Source of the DNA: Candidatus Uhrbacteria bacterium CG_4_9_14_3_um_filter_41_35
GTDB lineage: Bacteria; Patescibacteriota; Patescibacteriia; UBA9934
Assembly: GCA_002791275.1 (NCBI GenBank)
Contig: PFWT01000007.1
Location: forward strand, 26,859 to 90,858
Direction of reading: 5' to 3'
DNA: 64,000 nt
Positions 50,030 through 59,203 of the stretch are shown one piece after another. The position numbers and the translations under genes were made by a program. How positions within the stretch are numbered: position 1 is the first letter of the stretch; each line of letters starts with the position of its first letter. A model generated the notes under the pieces. That model was not told the origin of the DNA. It worked only from the letters and a program-made list of their open reading frames with translations, and searched no databases.

Positions 50030-51322
50030 TTAGATTACCTCTATATTAGCTCCAATTGCTCTAAGTTTACCATACAAATCCTCGTAGCCTCGCTCCAAAT
50101 GATCAACGCCATCAATAACCGAGGTGCCCTTAGCCGCAAGCGCTGCTGCAACGTAAGCAAGACCAGCACGGATATCAGGAACTGTCATATTTTGCGCAGT
50201 GAGTTTCGAAGGCCCGTTAATCACGGCCGACTGCTGATAGTGCATATGTCTAAACCGTCCCTGCACCTGATCTGGTAGGTATTCAATGTGGATGTCCGCC
50301 CCCATCTTATTTAGAGTTTCTGTGTATTTAAACCGATCTTCCAGCACAGTTTCGTGAACGATTGATTGACCCTCAGCCTGGGTGAGTGCCACCACAAACG
50401 GTTGTTGCCAGTCAGTTGAGAACCCTGGCGCTGTGTCGGTTGTAATTGTTACTGGTTTATATTTCTCTGCACCTTTGAACAAAATACCGTCATCGCGAAC
50501 CTCATAAACACCACCAATTTGGCGAACAGCGTTTAAGAACGTGATCATGTGGTCTTGCCGAGCGCCCTCGCAAAAAATCTCTCCGCGAGTAGCAAGCGCA
50601 ATCGACGCATAAGACGCTACTTCTAACCGGTCCGGCAAAATTTCGTGTTCGCAACCGTGCAATTTTTCAACACCAATAATTGTAATGTTGCGTCCAGCAC
50701 CAAGCTCAATGATCGCCCCCATTTTCTGAAGCATCATAATCATGTCAATAATCTCCGGCTCGATTGCTGCGTTTTTAATCTCCGTCTTACCCTGCGCTAA
50801 AACGCCGGCATAAATAATTGTTTCAGTTGCTCCAACTGACGGATAACCAAGTTCAACCGACGCCCCCTTGAGGCGACCATTCACCTTGAAGTGCCAGCCA
50901 GCTTCATCTTCTGTGAACTCCGCCCCCATTCTCTGCAGAGCGTCCACATGAAAGTTAACTGGTCGCGGACCAATTTTGTCGCCACCCACTCGCGTAACGT
51001 GTGCCTCGCCTGCTCTGTGGAGTAACGGCGCTGCCAGCAAAATTGATAGTCGATTTTTTCGTGACTGTTCCAAAGTTGAAGTTGAAGTAATCTCTTTGGT
51101 TTGTGTAGTAAAAGTGTGATCGTGCAGTTCAGTTTTTGCGCCAATCATTTCAAGGAGCTCGCGCGCAATTTCGTATTCTTGATTCAAGGGAACATTGCGA
51201 AGCATAACCTCCTTGTCTGTGAGTAAGGTCGCGATCAACTGTTTTGAAACAGCATTTTTTGCTCCCGCAATTTTAACTCGACCCTTAAGTGGCGCACCTC
51301 CTGTAATTCGTAGTTCTCGCAT
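50030..51322 (-). CDS. murA: UDP-N-acetylglucosamine 1-carboxyvinyltransferase
   Basis: GAKNA, GGDKIGPRP, PDRLE, HLERGYE. Confidence 0.95.
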   Translation of the reverse strand: MRELRITGGAPLKGRVKIAGAKNAVSKQLIATLLTDKEVMLRNVPLNQEYEIARELLEMIGAKTELHDHTFTTQTKEITSTSTLEQSRKNRLSILLAAPLLHRAGEAHVTRVGGDKIGPRPVNFHVDALQRMGAEFTEDEAGWHFKVNGRLKGASVELGYPSVGATETIIYAGVLAQGKTEIKNAAIEPEIIDMIMMLQKMGAIIELGAGRNITIIGVEKLHGCEHEILPDRLEVASYASIALATRGEIFCEGARQDHMITFLNAVRQIGGVYEVRDDGILFKGAEKYKPVTITTDTAPGFSTDWQQPFVVALTQAEGQSIVHETVLEDRFKYTETLNKMGADIHIEYLPDQVQGRFRHMHYQQSAVINGPSKLTAQNMTVPDIRAGLAYVAAALAAKGTSVIDGVDHLERGYEDLYGKLRAIGANIEVI

Positions 51323-51387
51323 AAAACAGGTTAATATTCTAATCCTTCTTATTATAGTGATATTCACAGCTTATCATATTTCAGAAC

Positions 51388-51419
51388 AAAAAAAAGACCC
51401 TGGGTGCGTACCCAGGGTC
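51388..51419 (-). terminator. Intrinsic terminator
   Basis: gaccctgggt-gcgt-acccagggtc followed by U8 on - strand. Confidence 0.85.
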
Positions 51420-51424
51420 ACCAA

Positions 51425-52780
51425 TTACTGCGTTTTCCAGTAGAGCATCATCGCATGACGCTCCTTCGAGTCCCACGACAGCCTTGGCCACCAAAGTGGA
51501 CAAAGGTAGTCAAAGAGTTGCGCAGCTTGGTAGGTGCTATGTCGATCACCACCAGTTGAGGTTTGAGTTGAGAGGTATTCGCGAGCGGTGGTCACGATTT
51601 GCTCAACTCGACTGGCAATTATTCGATTGTCGTACTCAATCTGCCTGGTAAACCGCCCGATTGTCTTAGTGTCCCAATAGTCCCTGTGACTATTCTTGTT
51701 AACGCCACCGGGATCAGGGATTTTTTCGAGCGGTCCGGTCCAAATACGCTTATGCGTGTACTCACTGAAAAACTCGGCATCGGACTTTGTGGCTGCTCGT
51801 CTAGTTCCGGTGCGTCCAACAACCGAAACAACGATGTACATCCAGCCACCACGATCCGCCACAGCCTTCTTTGACGAACCTTGAACGCAGTAACGCTCCT
51901 TCTTTTCCACGGCACGTTCCAGACTCTTGTCTCGACTAACGTGCCGAATTTCCCAGATCTCGTCGTCGATCTCGACAGTTCGCAGTTCCCACAGCTCTTT
52001 TTCTTCATGAACTGTTAGACCCTGAAGACGCATCTCATGAGCTTTTCTTTTGTCTTCAGGAATACCTGAACCAGCTTCAACTAATTCACGTTCGAGTTGC
52101 TCGGCAGACTCCTTGATCGACTGTCGAAGATCAAGCGCGGCTCGATGTGCTTCCGCCTTTGATTCAAAAAACAGTGGTTGTCCAAGCGCTCGGCTTGAGT
52201 TTGCAGGGTTGGTTTCAATCACGATCCAGAGCTTCACAAACTGGCCAGTAAACATTTTACGTAGCGCAATTTCTTCGATTTGCGAGAGATTCTCAGCAAC
52301 ATCCGCCTCTGACTCAACTACATCCCAAGAAAGTAGCTGGAGCGCAAACACAAACGATCGTTGCGCCTCTTCTCTAGTCCTAATGTCCTGCTCGGACAAT
52401 TCCGGACTATCCGGAACTGTTGCCATTTTGAACAAGCGAATTGGCTCAAGAGCAACCTGTACTGGTCCAAAAGAATCAAGCGCTGAAAAACGTTGCTTGA
52501 GCGGACCTGTAATTAGGCTATTGAAGTACTTTCGTGACTGATCGATCTTTCGTTGCAGGTCCTTGTAAAACTCGTTCGCACCCATCGCGGCAACTAACGA
52601 TTCTTCCCCGCGATACTCCCGATTCACTTGGCAAAACGCCATAAACAGTGCGACCTTCTTACAGGTTGCTCGCTTCTCAAGTGTCATTTCATAGAGCTCC
52701 CGCATCCTCATTACAAGGGGCACGAACTCTGTAAAACTAATGAAATGCTCTTCTTTATCCGGATAAAAGTAACCCGTCAT
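51425..52780 (-). CDS. Hypothetical protein with divergent RelA/SpoT-like nucleotidyltransferase motifs
   Basis: RDKSLERAVEK, DRGG, NKNSHRDY, VEQIVT, HSTYQ in canonical order. Confidence 0.55.
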   Translation of the reverse strand: MTGYFYPDKEEHFISFTEFVPLVMRMRELYEMTLEKRATCKKVALFMAFCQVNREYRGEESLVAAMGANEFYKDLQRKIDQSRKYFNSLITGPLKQRFSALDSFGPVQVALEPIRLFKMATVPDSPELSEQDIRTREEAQRSFVFALQLLSWDVVESEADVAENLSQIEEIALRKMFTGQFVKLWIVIETNPANSSRALGQPLFFESKAEAHRAALDLRQSIKESAEQLERELVEAGSGIPEDKRKAHEMRLQGLTVHEEKELWELRTVEIDDEIWEIRHVSRDKSLERAVEKKERYCVQGSSKKAVADRGGWMYIVVSVVGRTGTRRAATKSDAEFFSEYTHKRIWTGPLEKIPDPGGVNKNSHRDYWDTKTIGRFTRQIEYDNRIIASRVEQIVTTAREYLSTQTSTGGDRHSTYQAAQLFDYLCPLWWPRLSWDSKERHAMMLYWKTQ

Positions 52781-52919
52781 TTTGTACCTCTCTTGTTAAA
52801 AAGAACCGTCCTTGTTATGGATCTAAGCAATTTTTGAGCTTTTAGTCAATACTCAGATTAACTAAAAACACGTTAAAAAGTATATTTTGAACGTATTTTA
52901 GTACTGGACTATGATTAAT

Positions 52920-53873
52920 CTATATCGCCGTTATAATCCCGCCGCTTGTACAGGTACCTGAAATACCAGTGTTTGGCACCAAAATCGACCAGTAAATTTC
53001 ATCAAACGACCTGTTCTTAGTTGTTCTTTGTGGCAAATTCACTGCCCGATATTTCACAGCTTCAATATTTAACGCATCCGAAGTTTCACTTTTCTCCATT
53101 TCGTTGTACGTTCCAGACGTCACATCAATCCTTTGTGCTGAAACCGGAATTATTCCCCGGTCACAAACCATATCTTCAAAACGAACTTGCAAATCAGCGT
53201 CTACATTACCTATATTTTCGATAATAGCTGGCTCGGTAGCTGTACGTGATTCACCTGGATAAAGCTCACCGTAATCAATAACTTCAGGTAATGCCAGTTG
53301 AAGCAGTGTTTCCACCTCGTTAACATAGCTTCCATGCACCACTTGATCGTTGATTGTGTTTTGAAGCGCTATCTTCATCTGCCAATTTTGATCTACGTAT
53401 TTTGAACGACTGCCAACAGTTGCATCCATCCAGTACTCAAACCTTACCTTACAAAGTAAGGTACCACCCAGCGCTGATTGTGGCGTAAAGTAACAATCAT
53501 TATTTTCCGTTGAAAGCCGATAACAATTTTGCGGATCCGAAGTGCAGTTTTCGCCAGTCTCGAGTCCTGAGCGGTAAAAAACAATATCAGTTTCCCCAAT
53601 CTCTCCCACACCATTTAAATCTTCAAGGTCAGCAATTATATAGTAAGTTGTCGTAGTGCCACCAGTCAAAGTTATTGAGTTCACATTTCCGTCTTCTTTG
53701 AGACCAGTACGGTTAATGGCTATTGTTTTAACTTGAGAGGGATGATCGCGAATAATGATAATGGCGGAAGTTGCATTAGTTTTTAAAAATGGTAGCAGTA
53801 GCAAAAAACTAAAAATCAAAATCACGAGTGAAATTATTATTGGTAACCTGTAGCGCTCTATAAAATTTTGCAT
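52920..53873 (-). CDS. Secreted Cys-rich surface subunit, divergent paralog 6
   Basis: DLNGVGEI, YRSG, DPQNCY, EYWMDAT, IDYG, GNVDADL, GISGTC shared with paralogs 1-5. Confidence 0.72.
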   Translation of the reverse strand: MQNFIERYRLPIIISLVILIFSFLLLLPFLKTNATSAIIIIRDHPSQVKTIAINRTGLKEDGNVNSITLTGGTTTTYYIIADLEDLNGVGEIGETDIVFYRSGLETGENCTSDPQNCYRLSTENNDCYFTPQSALGGTLLCKVRFEYWMDATVGSRSKYVDQNWQMKIALQNTINDQVVHGSYVNEVETLLQLALPEVIDYGELYPGESRTATEPAIIENIGNVDADLQVRFEDMVCDRGIIPVSAQRIDVTSGTYNEMEKSETSDALNIEAVKYRAVNLPQRTTKNRSFDEIYWSILVPNTGISGTCTSGGIITAI

Positions 53874-53878
53874 ATACT

Positions 53879-55363
53879 TTACACGGTAACTATCACAATG
53901 TTCGAGTAGTCACTTTGTTTATCTTTTAAATTAACCACTCCGTCGTGGTTTGCGTCAACCCGAACACTAGCAATGACCTGCGCGCCGATTGAAAGTGTAT
54001 TCGCTGGCACGTTAATTGCCCAAATTCCGTGCCCCACCATTGTTAAACCGAGTGAAACACCGTTTACTATAACTTCAATTAAAGCCCCATCTTTTTCGAT
54101 TGAAGTCCCGGTAATCTGCGGTGAAGTTATTCTGATTGGTGTATTTATCTTTGGTGGCTTCGTGTACACCGCCTTTTTATGTACCGCTACAAACAGTCCT
54201 ATGAACATGAGCAACAAAGCAGACAAAATAATCAGCAAATAATTTATAGTTTTTTCTATTATAGGGCTCGCAATTGCAAGATCTGAAGTTTTGGTTTCAG
54301 AAGTTCTGTTACCATATTCAACATAAGATAAAATCCGAAATTCACCTTGGTCGGTCATTGGGAGTATCTGATTAAATGTAACTGTCTCCCCTATCGAAAC
54401 TTTGATTGGTTCTGTTTTTAAAATATCAACAATCGACTCACCATCATAAACCTCGGTCACCATATTGGCAAAATAACTGGTTTCGCCGTTATTAGTGAAA
54501 ATTGCGTTAAACTGTACTAGCTCACCAGACGTATAACTTGTTTTGTCAAAAATAACCGAACTCAAAACCCCAGATTGTTTTAATACTCCCGTACCATAAA
54601 TTTCGAAATTGCTTGTTGTTGTATCCGTCTTGTCTTTATATTGAAAGTCAACAACCAGTGTATACTCACCACGATTCAAGGTTGAAAAGAGGTCGATTAT
54701 GTGAGTGTGAGTTTCGCCAGGTTCGGTAAATTCGAGATCTGACCCCGAGACAATTTTTTCTTCAATTAACCTACCTCTATTATTAAAAAGTGAAGCCGTT
54801 ATAAAATCTGGCTTCCAGTTCAGGTTTCCGTTATTTTTGATTGTATAGTTAATAAACAATGGTAAACCCTCCTCCGTTTGGATTGGTGTCATTTTTATTA
54901 CCTCGTAGTCGAGCTTTTCAGTATTTGAAACAGTAAAATGTATCTGCAAAGTAACACCACCTAAAACATTTACCGCACCTAAATGGGCATTGTTCTGATT
55001 TGCAGGCTGTATTCCTATAAAGTCTATTTCAGCAGAATAATCACCGTTTGTAAGTGAACTGGCTATAATTTGAAATTTATATACCAGCTGGCTTTCGCCC
55101 GCTTCAAAAGATATTTGCTCTGCACCTTTTATAAAAGACTTGGCATCACCTCTAAATTCAACCTTAACCGCCGACGCTTTTGAAACATCACCACTGCGCG
55201 TTAAAATTACTTGGTCGTTGTGTGGGACGTCATTTAAGATATCGTGACTTATAATTTCTGCTGGTGACACCCCTATTCCTGCAAAAGCAAAACTAGGCGC
55301 ACAAACAATTAGTGACGATAATAATATAATTACGTAAAAAAATATTCCCCCTTTATTTCTCAT
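53879..55363 (-). CDS. Membrane-anchored multi-Ig-like protein (partner C), paralog of partner A
   Basis: AFA/GIGVSPAE, QTEE, NNGNLNWKPD, LKQSG, TM, C-terminal Ig-like domain with DANHDG. Confidence 0.72.
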   Translation of the reverse strand: MRNKGGIFFYVIILLSSLIVCAPSFAFAGIGVSPAEIISHDILNDVPHNDQVILTRSGDVSKASAVKVEFRGDAKSFIKGAEQISFEAGESQLVYKFQIIASSLTNGDYSAEIDFIGIQPANQNNAHLGAVNVLGGVTLQIHFTVSNTEKLDYEVIKMTPIQTEEGLPLFINYTIKNNGNLNWKPDFITASLFNNRGRLIEEKIVSGSDLEFTEPGETHTHIIDLFSTLNRGEYTLVVDFQYKDKTDTTTSNFEIYGTGVLKQSGVLSSVIFDKTSYTSGELVQFNAIFTNNGETSYFANMVTEVYDGESIVDILKTEPIKVSIGETVTFNQILPMTDQGEFRILSYVEYGNRTSETKTSDLAIASPIIEKTINYLLIILSALLLMFIGLFVAVHKKAVYTKPPKINTPIRITSPQITGTSIEKDGALIEVIVNGVSLGLTMVGHGIWAINVPANTLSIGAQVIASVRVDANHDGVVNLKDKQSDYSNIVIVTV

Positions 55364-55584
55364 AACTAAAATTATTATAACCTTTTAGCTATAAAGGCGA
55401 AAGCTTGATTGTTTTAACAAAACAATCTCCGCAAATAGATAGCTATTCTGTCTAAAATTTAACTTCGGAACTAGAGTATTAACAGTTGCAGATTTTTCTA
55501 GCTAAATAAGTTTGTACCAAAAACAAATATTAGAAATAAATGAGGGTGTTAAAACACCCTCGAGAAACTTTTTACGTTTTTGCC

Positions 55585-56778
55585 TTACCACGCTGGACAG
55601 TGATAAGCCCGCTGAACGCTGTTGTAGTCCGTGGGACCGTTACCGTTCACGTCGTAGTAAAGGAACTGTTGAACACTACAGTCACGAGCCGGCGTTCGCT
55701 TCGAGATGTCGGCGTAGGTGTGGATGTAGCCAAAGACAGCGCTGTTTGGCTGAACGAAGTGACGCCAGTACTCCGGCGCAAAGCCACTTTGCGGGTTGGG
55801 ACCCACGTAAGCAAAGCCGTTCACCCACACGGTTTCGTCATCCTTCGCCGGAAATACTTGGCAGTATTCCGGCGCCATTGACGAGTTCGTGTTGATGTAC
55901 TGGTTGATCACCTCCCGCCCCTCCTGATAGAAGGGGTAGCTCTGCACCGCCATCGACTGACTGATCGCGTAGAGCTTGACGGCCGTGAGCGTCGAGGCGT
56001 AGTTCTGCATATCCATACAGATCAGAATCCGGTTATCCTCCGTGAGACTGGATGGATCCGTGGGCTCGTTCAGAACCAAATCCGTCCCCGGATCTTCGAC
56101 CTCGGGTGGCGGACCCTGCTCCCAGACCGGGAGCAGGGAACCGTAAACGTTGCCCTCCACCAATCCGCAGACCATATTTTCGGTCGACAAAGTCTTCTGA
56201 AGACCAGCGTTCACATCCTGCGCACGGATCGAAAGCCCCTCCACACTGGTACCATAAGTACCGTCCCTCGAGGCATCGCCACGGTGACGGCCGATGTGCA
56301 CGTGATCGCCAGTCGAGGAACCTGTGGTACCTTCGATACCAATCAGGTCCCCCATATCGATCCATCGGCCGTCCTCGGTGTCCGCGCGCTTCAGATGCGC
56401 CAGAATGATGTAGGTACCATCGCCGAGGTCAATGTTCACGTGAATTCCGAACCCGCTATCGAGATCGGTGTGAACGTACGCCGTACCGGAAATCGGCGCG
56501 TACACGCTGAGATCCATATCGTTTGGCGTATCAAGATCCACGTCGTGCATAGTGGAGTCGTAGTGGTGCGAATAGCTACCAAACGGCCCCTGCACGCACT
56601 GCAAGCGAACACCGTGGGCGAAGGGCATATGAACAACAACACTGTCCTGACCACCGAAGTGGTCAGTATCGTAGCTCATAGGCACCACCTCACCAGCCGT
56701 GAACCAACTCGGCGTACAGCCGTGTTGCAAAGACAGGATCAGCAAAAGAACAGACACACGAAACAACTTGGTAAGCAT
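55585..56778 (-). CDS. M23-family metallopeptidase, probable lipoprotein
   Basis: HxxxD-like HDVDL, YAPISG, AHL, STGDHVHIG; signal ending QHGC; GC-rich. Confidence 0.8.
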   Translation of the reverse strand: MLTKLFRVSVLLLILSLQHGCTPSWFTAGEVVPMSYDTDHFGGQDSVVVHMPFAHGVRLQCVQGPFGSYSHHYDSTMHDVDLDTPNDMDLSVYAPISGTAYVHTDLDSGFGIHVNIDLGDGTYIILAHLKRADTEDGRWIDMGDLIGIEGTTGSSTGDHVHIGRHRGDASRDGTYGTSVEGLSIRAQDVNAGLQKTLSTENMVCGLVEGNVYGSLLPVWEQGPPPEVEDPGTDLVLNEPTDPSSLTEDNRILICMDMQNYASTLTAVKLYAISQSMAVQSYPFYQEGREVINQYINTNSSMAPEYCQVFPAKDDETVWVNGFAYVGPNPQSGFAPEYWRHFVQPNSAVFGYIHTYADISKRTPARDCSVQQFLYYDVNGNGPTDYNSVQRAYHCPAW

Positions 56779-57390
56779 TGTTGCTTCCTTATTGTAATTT
56801 TTGGACGAGATGCAAAGCAGTAATTTGCTAAACAACCTCTTACAGTGTGGGAGTCGTAAATTGTAAGCACTATAAGAGGTTGTTAAGGGGTAGAACAGGT
56901 CGGAAAATAACTCCCCATGTATACTTTCCGACCCACCAAATAGAAACCAGTTCTGCGTAAGTCAGGCGTCTCACTAAACTCATGCCCTTGTTACGGAAGT
57001 CCCAGAAATCTTTTTTTTTGGAAGCCCTTGAATCCGTCTCAGGATTCGGTTGCTGTTACGTCCTAAATATATATTCCAATTATTAAAGGCCTGGGTCAAT
57101 GAAATCAATCTCTACTTTACGTCAGCTATCATCAACACTTTTGTAAAAGAAAAAAATTTTGTGTTCAGTAGCAAATTACAAAAAAAATTTATTCTTCAAA
57201 TTATTAAGGATTAACCTAAATAATATAACGCAAGCACTTAACAAAATTTATCTTTTAACAAAAAATGAGTTGATACTCATCAACAACTTCTGTTAACAAG
57301 TCCTAAATGTAATTTTAAACTTTACAAATAAATGAACTTAATAACCTTAAAATTAGCAGAAAATCAGAATCTTAAATATTTAGCATAAAC

Positions 57391-57662
57391 AAAAAAACGA
57401 ACAGTGTTCGCTTTTTCTGACCCCAGGTGCGGGTTGTAATTGGTCCTCTGCCACATATGGGCAAACCAGCAATACCTAGCGAGCGTGTAAGACAGTGCCT
57501 AGACGCCGAGCAGTATTTAGGAGAGGCCGCTGGATCCCCGCACGTACACCCTATTTAGGTGGACAGCTAGTCTACGTTAACTCGTCGATGCCTTAGCCCT
57601 TTGCGAAAACACGGATCCTTACAAATTGTAATTGGCCAATTACATATTCCACAACCTGAAGT
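57391..57662 (-). ncRNA. Candidate structured ncRNA of unknown class
   Basis: No ORF; GC-richer than flanks; 5'/3' ends pair; promoter TTGGAG-17-CATAAT at 57697-57669; terminator at 57391-57416. Confidence 0.6.
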
Positions 57663-57778
57663 ACCTGTATTATGTCACAATCTACCTTTTCCTCCAAATA
57701 ATTATAAAAACCTCAGCATAATTTAGTAAACAAATAACCAACCAGCAAAACTGGTTGGTTATATAATCATTTGTTAAC

Positions 57779-58246
57779 TTATACTCCTTCTCCGAAGTGG
57801 AATTTGTCTGTCATCTTGTCGTAACCGATCACTTCGCTGTCGTTAAAGAAGCGTTTGATCTCAATTTCTGCAGATTCTACGCTATCTGAAGCGTGGATAA
57901 TGTTTGAGGGTACATTCATTGAAAGATCTGCTCGGATTGTTCCAACATCAGCTTCACGTGGGTTTGTTGAACCAACAATTGCACGAACAACATTCACAAC
58001 ATCTAGTCCTTCAAGAACTAGCGCAACCACTGGAGTTTGCATCATAAATTTCTTCAAATCAGCAAAAAATGGCTTATCTGCAAGGTGTCCGTAGTGCTCA
58101 GTTAGTGTTGCTTCATCAAGAAGAGTTAACTTCATCCCAACCATTTTCAGCCCACGTCGCTCAAAACGAGTGATTACCTCACCCACCAACTCGCGCTGTA
58201 CTGCGTCTGGTTTAATTAATACTAGCGATTTTTGAATGTCTGCCAT
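57779..58246 (-). CDS. ndk: Nucleoside diphosphate kinase
   Basis: LIKPDAV; GTIRAD; NIIHASDS. Confidence 0.96.
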   Translation of the reverse strand: MADIQKSLVLIKPDAVQRELVGEVITRFERRGLKMVGMKLTLLDEATLTEHYGHLADKPFFADLKKFMMQTPVVALVLEGLDVVNVVRAIVGSTNPREADVGTIRADLSMNVPSNIIHASDSVESAEIEIKRFFNDSEVIGYDKMTDKFHFGEGV

Positions 58247-58392
58247 AAGTTATTTTAACTTTGGTTAGTTAGATTTTATTTGATTGCATACTAACAGTTT
58301 ATCCCCGAAAAGGCAAGATGATCTTCGCTTAACTAGCCCAATTATTAGACAGCGGGAGATATTGAGTATAAGCTGTAGTGAAATAATTGATT

Positions 58393-59112
58393 ATGAATGA
58401 AACTAAAATTTCAGTAATAATTCCATCCTACAATCACGCCGACTCCTTGCCTGGTTGTTTTGAATCGCTTTTTACCCAAACCGTCCCAGTTAGAGAAATT
58501 ATCGTAGTTGACGACGGTTCGACTGATAACACTAGTGAAATCGTCAAACCCTATCTCGACCGTGTAAAATACATTTACCAAGAAAACGCTGGTGCTCCAG
58601 CTGCTCGAAATAATGGTTTTAGAAGTAGTACCGGAGAATACGTCATCTTCTGCGACGCCGATGTTATTATGAAGCCAAAGATGCTTGAAATAATGCTAGC
58701 AGAGCTTGAAAAAAATTCTGACATTTCAGTTGCTTATTCAGGTTTCGTTTGGGGTTGGAAAGCTTTCAAAGGTCTGCCCTTTTCCAAAGAACAGTTATTT
58801 AAAATGAATTTTATTCACTCAACCTCTTTAGTTCGTCGAGAAGATTTTCCTCTATTTGATGAGAACGTGAAGCGACTTCAAGACTGGGACCTTTGGCTAA
58901 CGATGACTAAGCAAGGTAAGATGGCAAAATGCGTTTCAGAAGAGCCACTCTTTACCGTGCGCATCGACGGCACCTCACGAATTGGTTCTAGCTGGATACC
59001 GAAAATTATGTATAAACTCCCCTGGCACCTCATCGGTTGGGCACCAAAGCAAGTTTCAAAGTATAAAACTGCGCGCGAGATTCTAAAAAAGAAACACGCT
59101 GAAATCGTCTAA
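58393..59112 (+). CDS. Glycosyltransferase family 2
   Basis: ISVIIPSYN, VDDGSTD, CDAD, QDWDLW. Confidence 0.92.
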   Translation: MNETKISVIIPSYNHADSLPGCFESLFTQTVPVREIIVVDDGSTDNTSEIVKPYLDRVKYIYQENAGAPAARNNGFRSSTGEYVIFCDADVIMKPKMLEIMLAELEKNSDISVAYSGFVWGWKAFKGLPFSKEQLFKMNFIHSTSLVRREDFPLFDENVKRLQDWDLWLTMTKQGKMAKCVSEEPLFTVRIDGTSRIGSSWIPKIMYKLPWHLIGWAPKQVSKYKTAREILKKKHAEIV

Positions 59113-59203
59113 TTCAGACTTGACAATTAACTATAGTTAATCTAAAAAACACCGGTAACACAAAGTTACTGGTGTTTTTTCACAATGAGGAGGAAAATTC
59201 AAA

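Noticed and set aside
57100-57390. AT-rich stretch as replication origin
   Set aside because: No clustered DnaA boxes seen; the only perfect TTATCCACA noticed is isolated at ~2520
57421-57661. tmRNA, RNase P, SRP or raiA-motif RNA
   Set aside because: No T-arm/CCA, no GAGGAAAGUCC, no SRP domain IV loop; raiA-like words (GTCGATGCC, GGTGCGG) are on the + strand in the wrong order while promoter, terminator and G-U pairs favour the - strand
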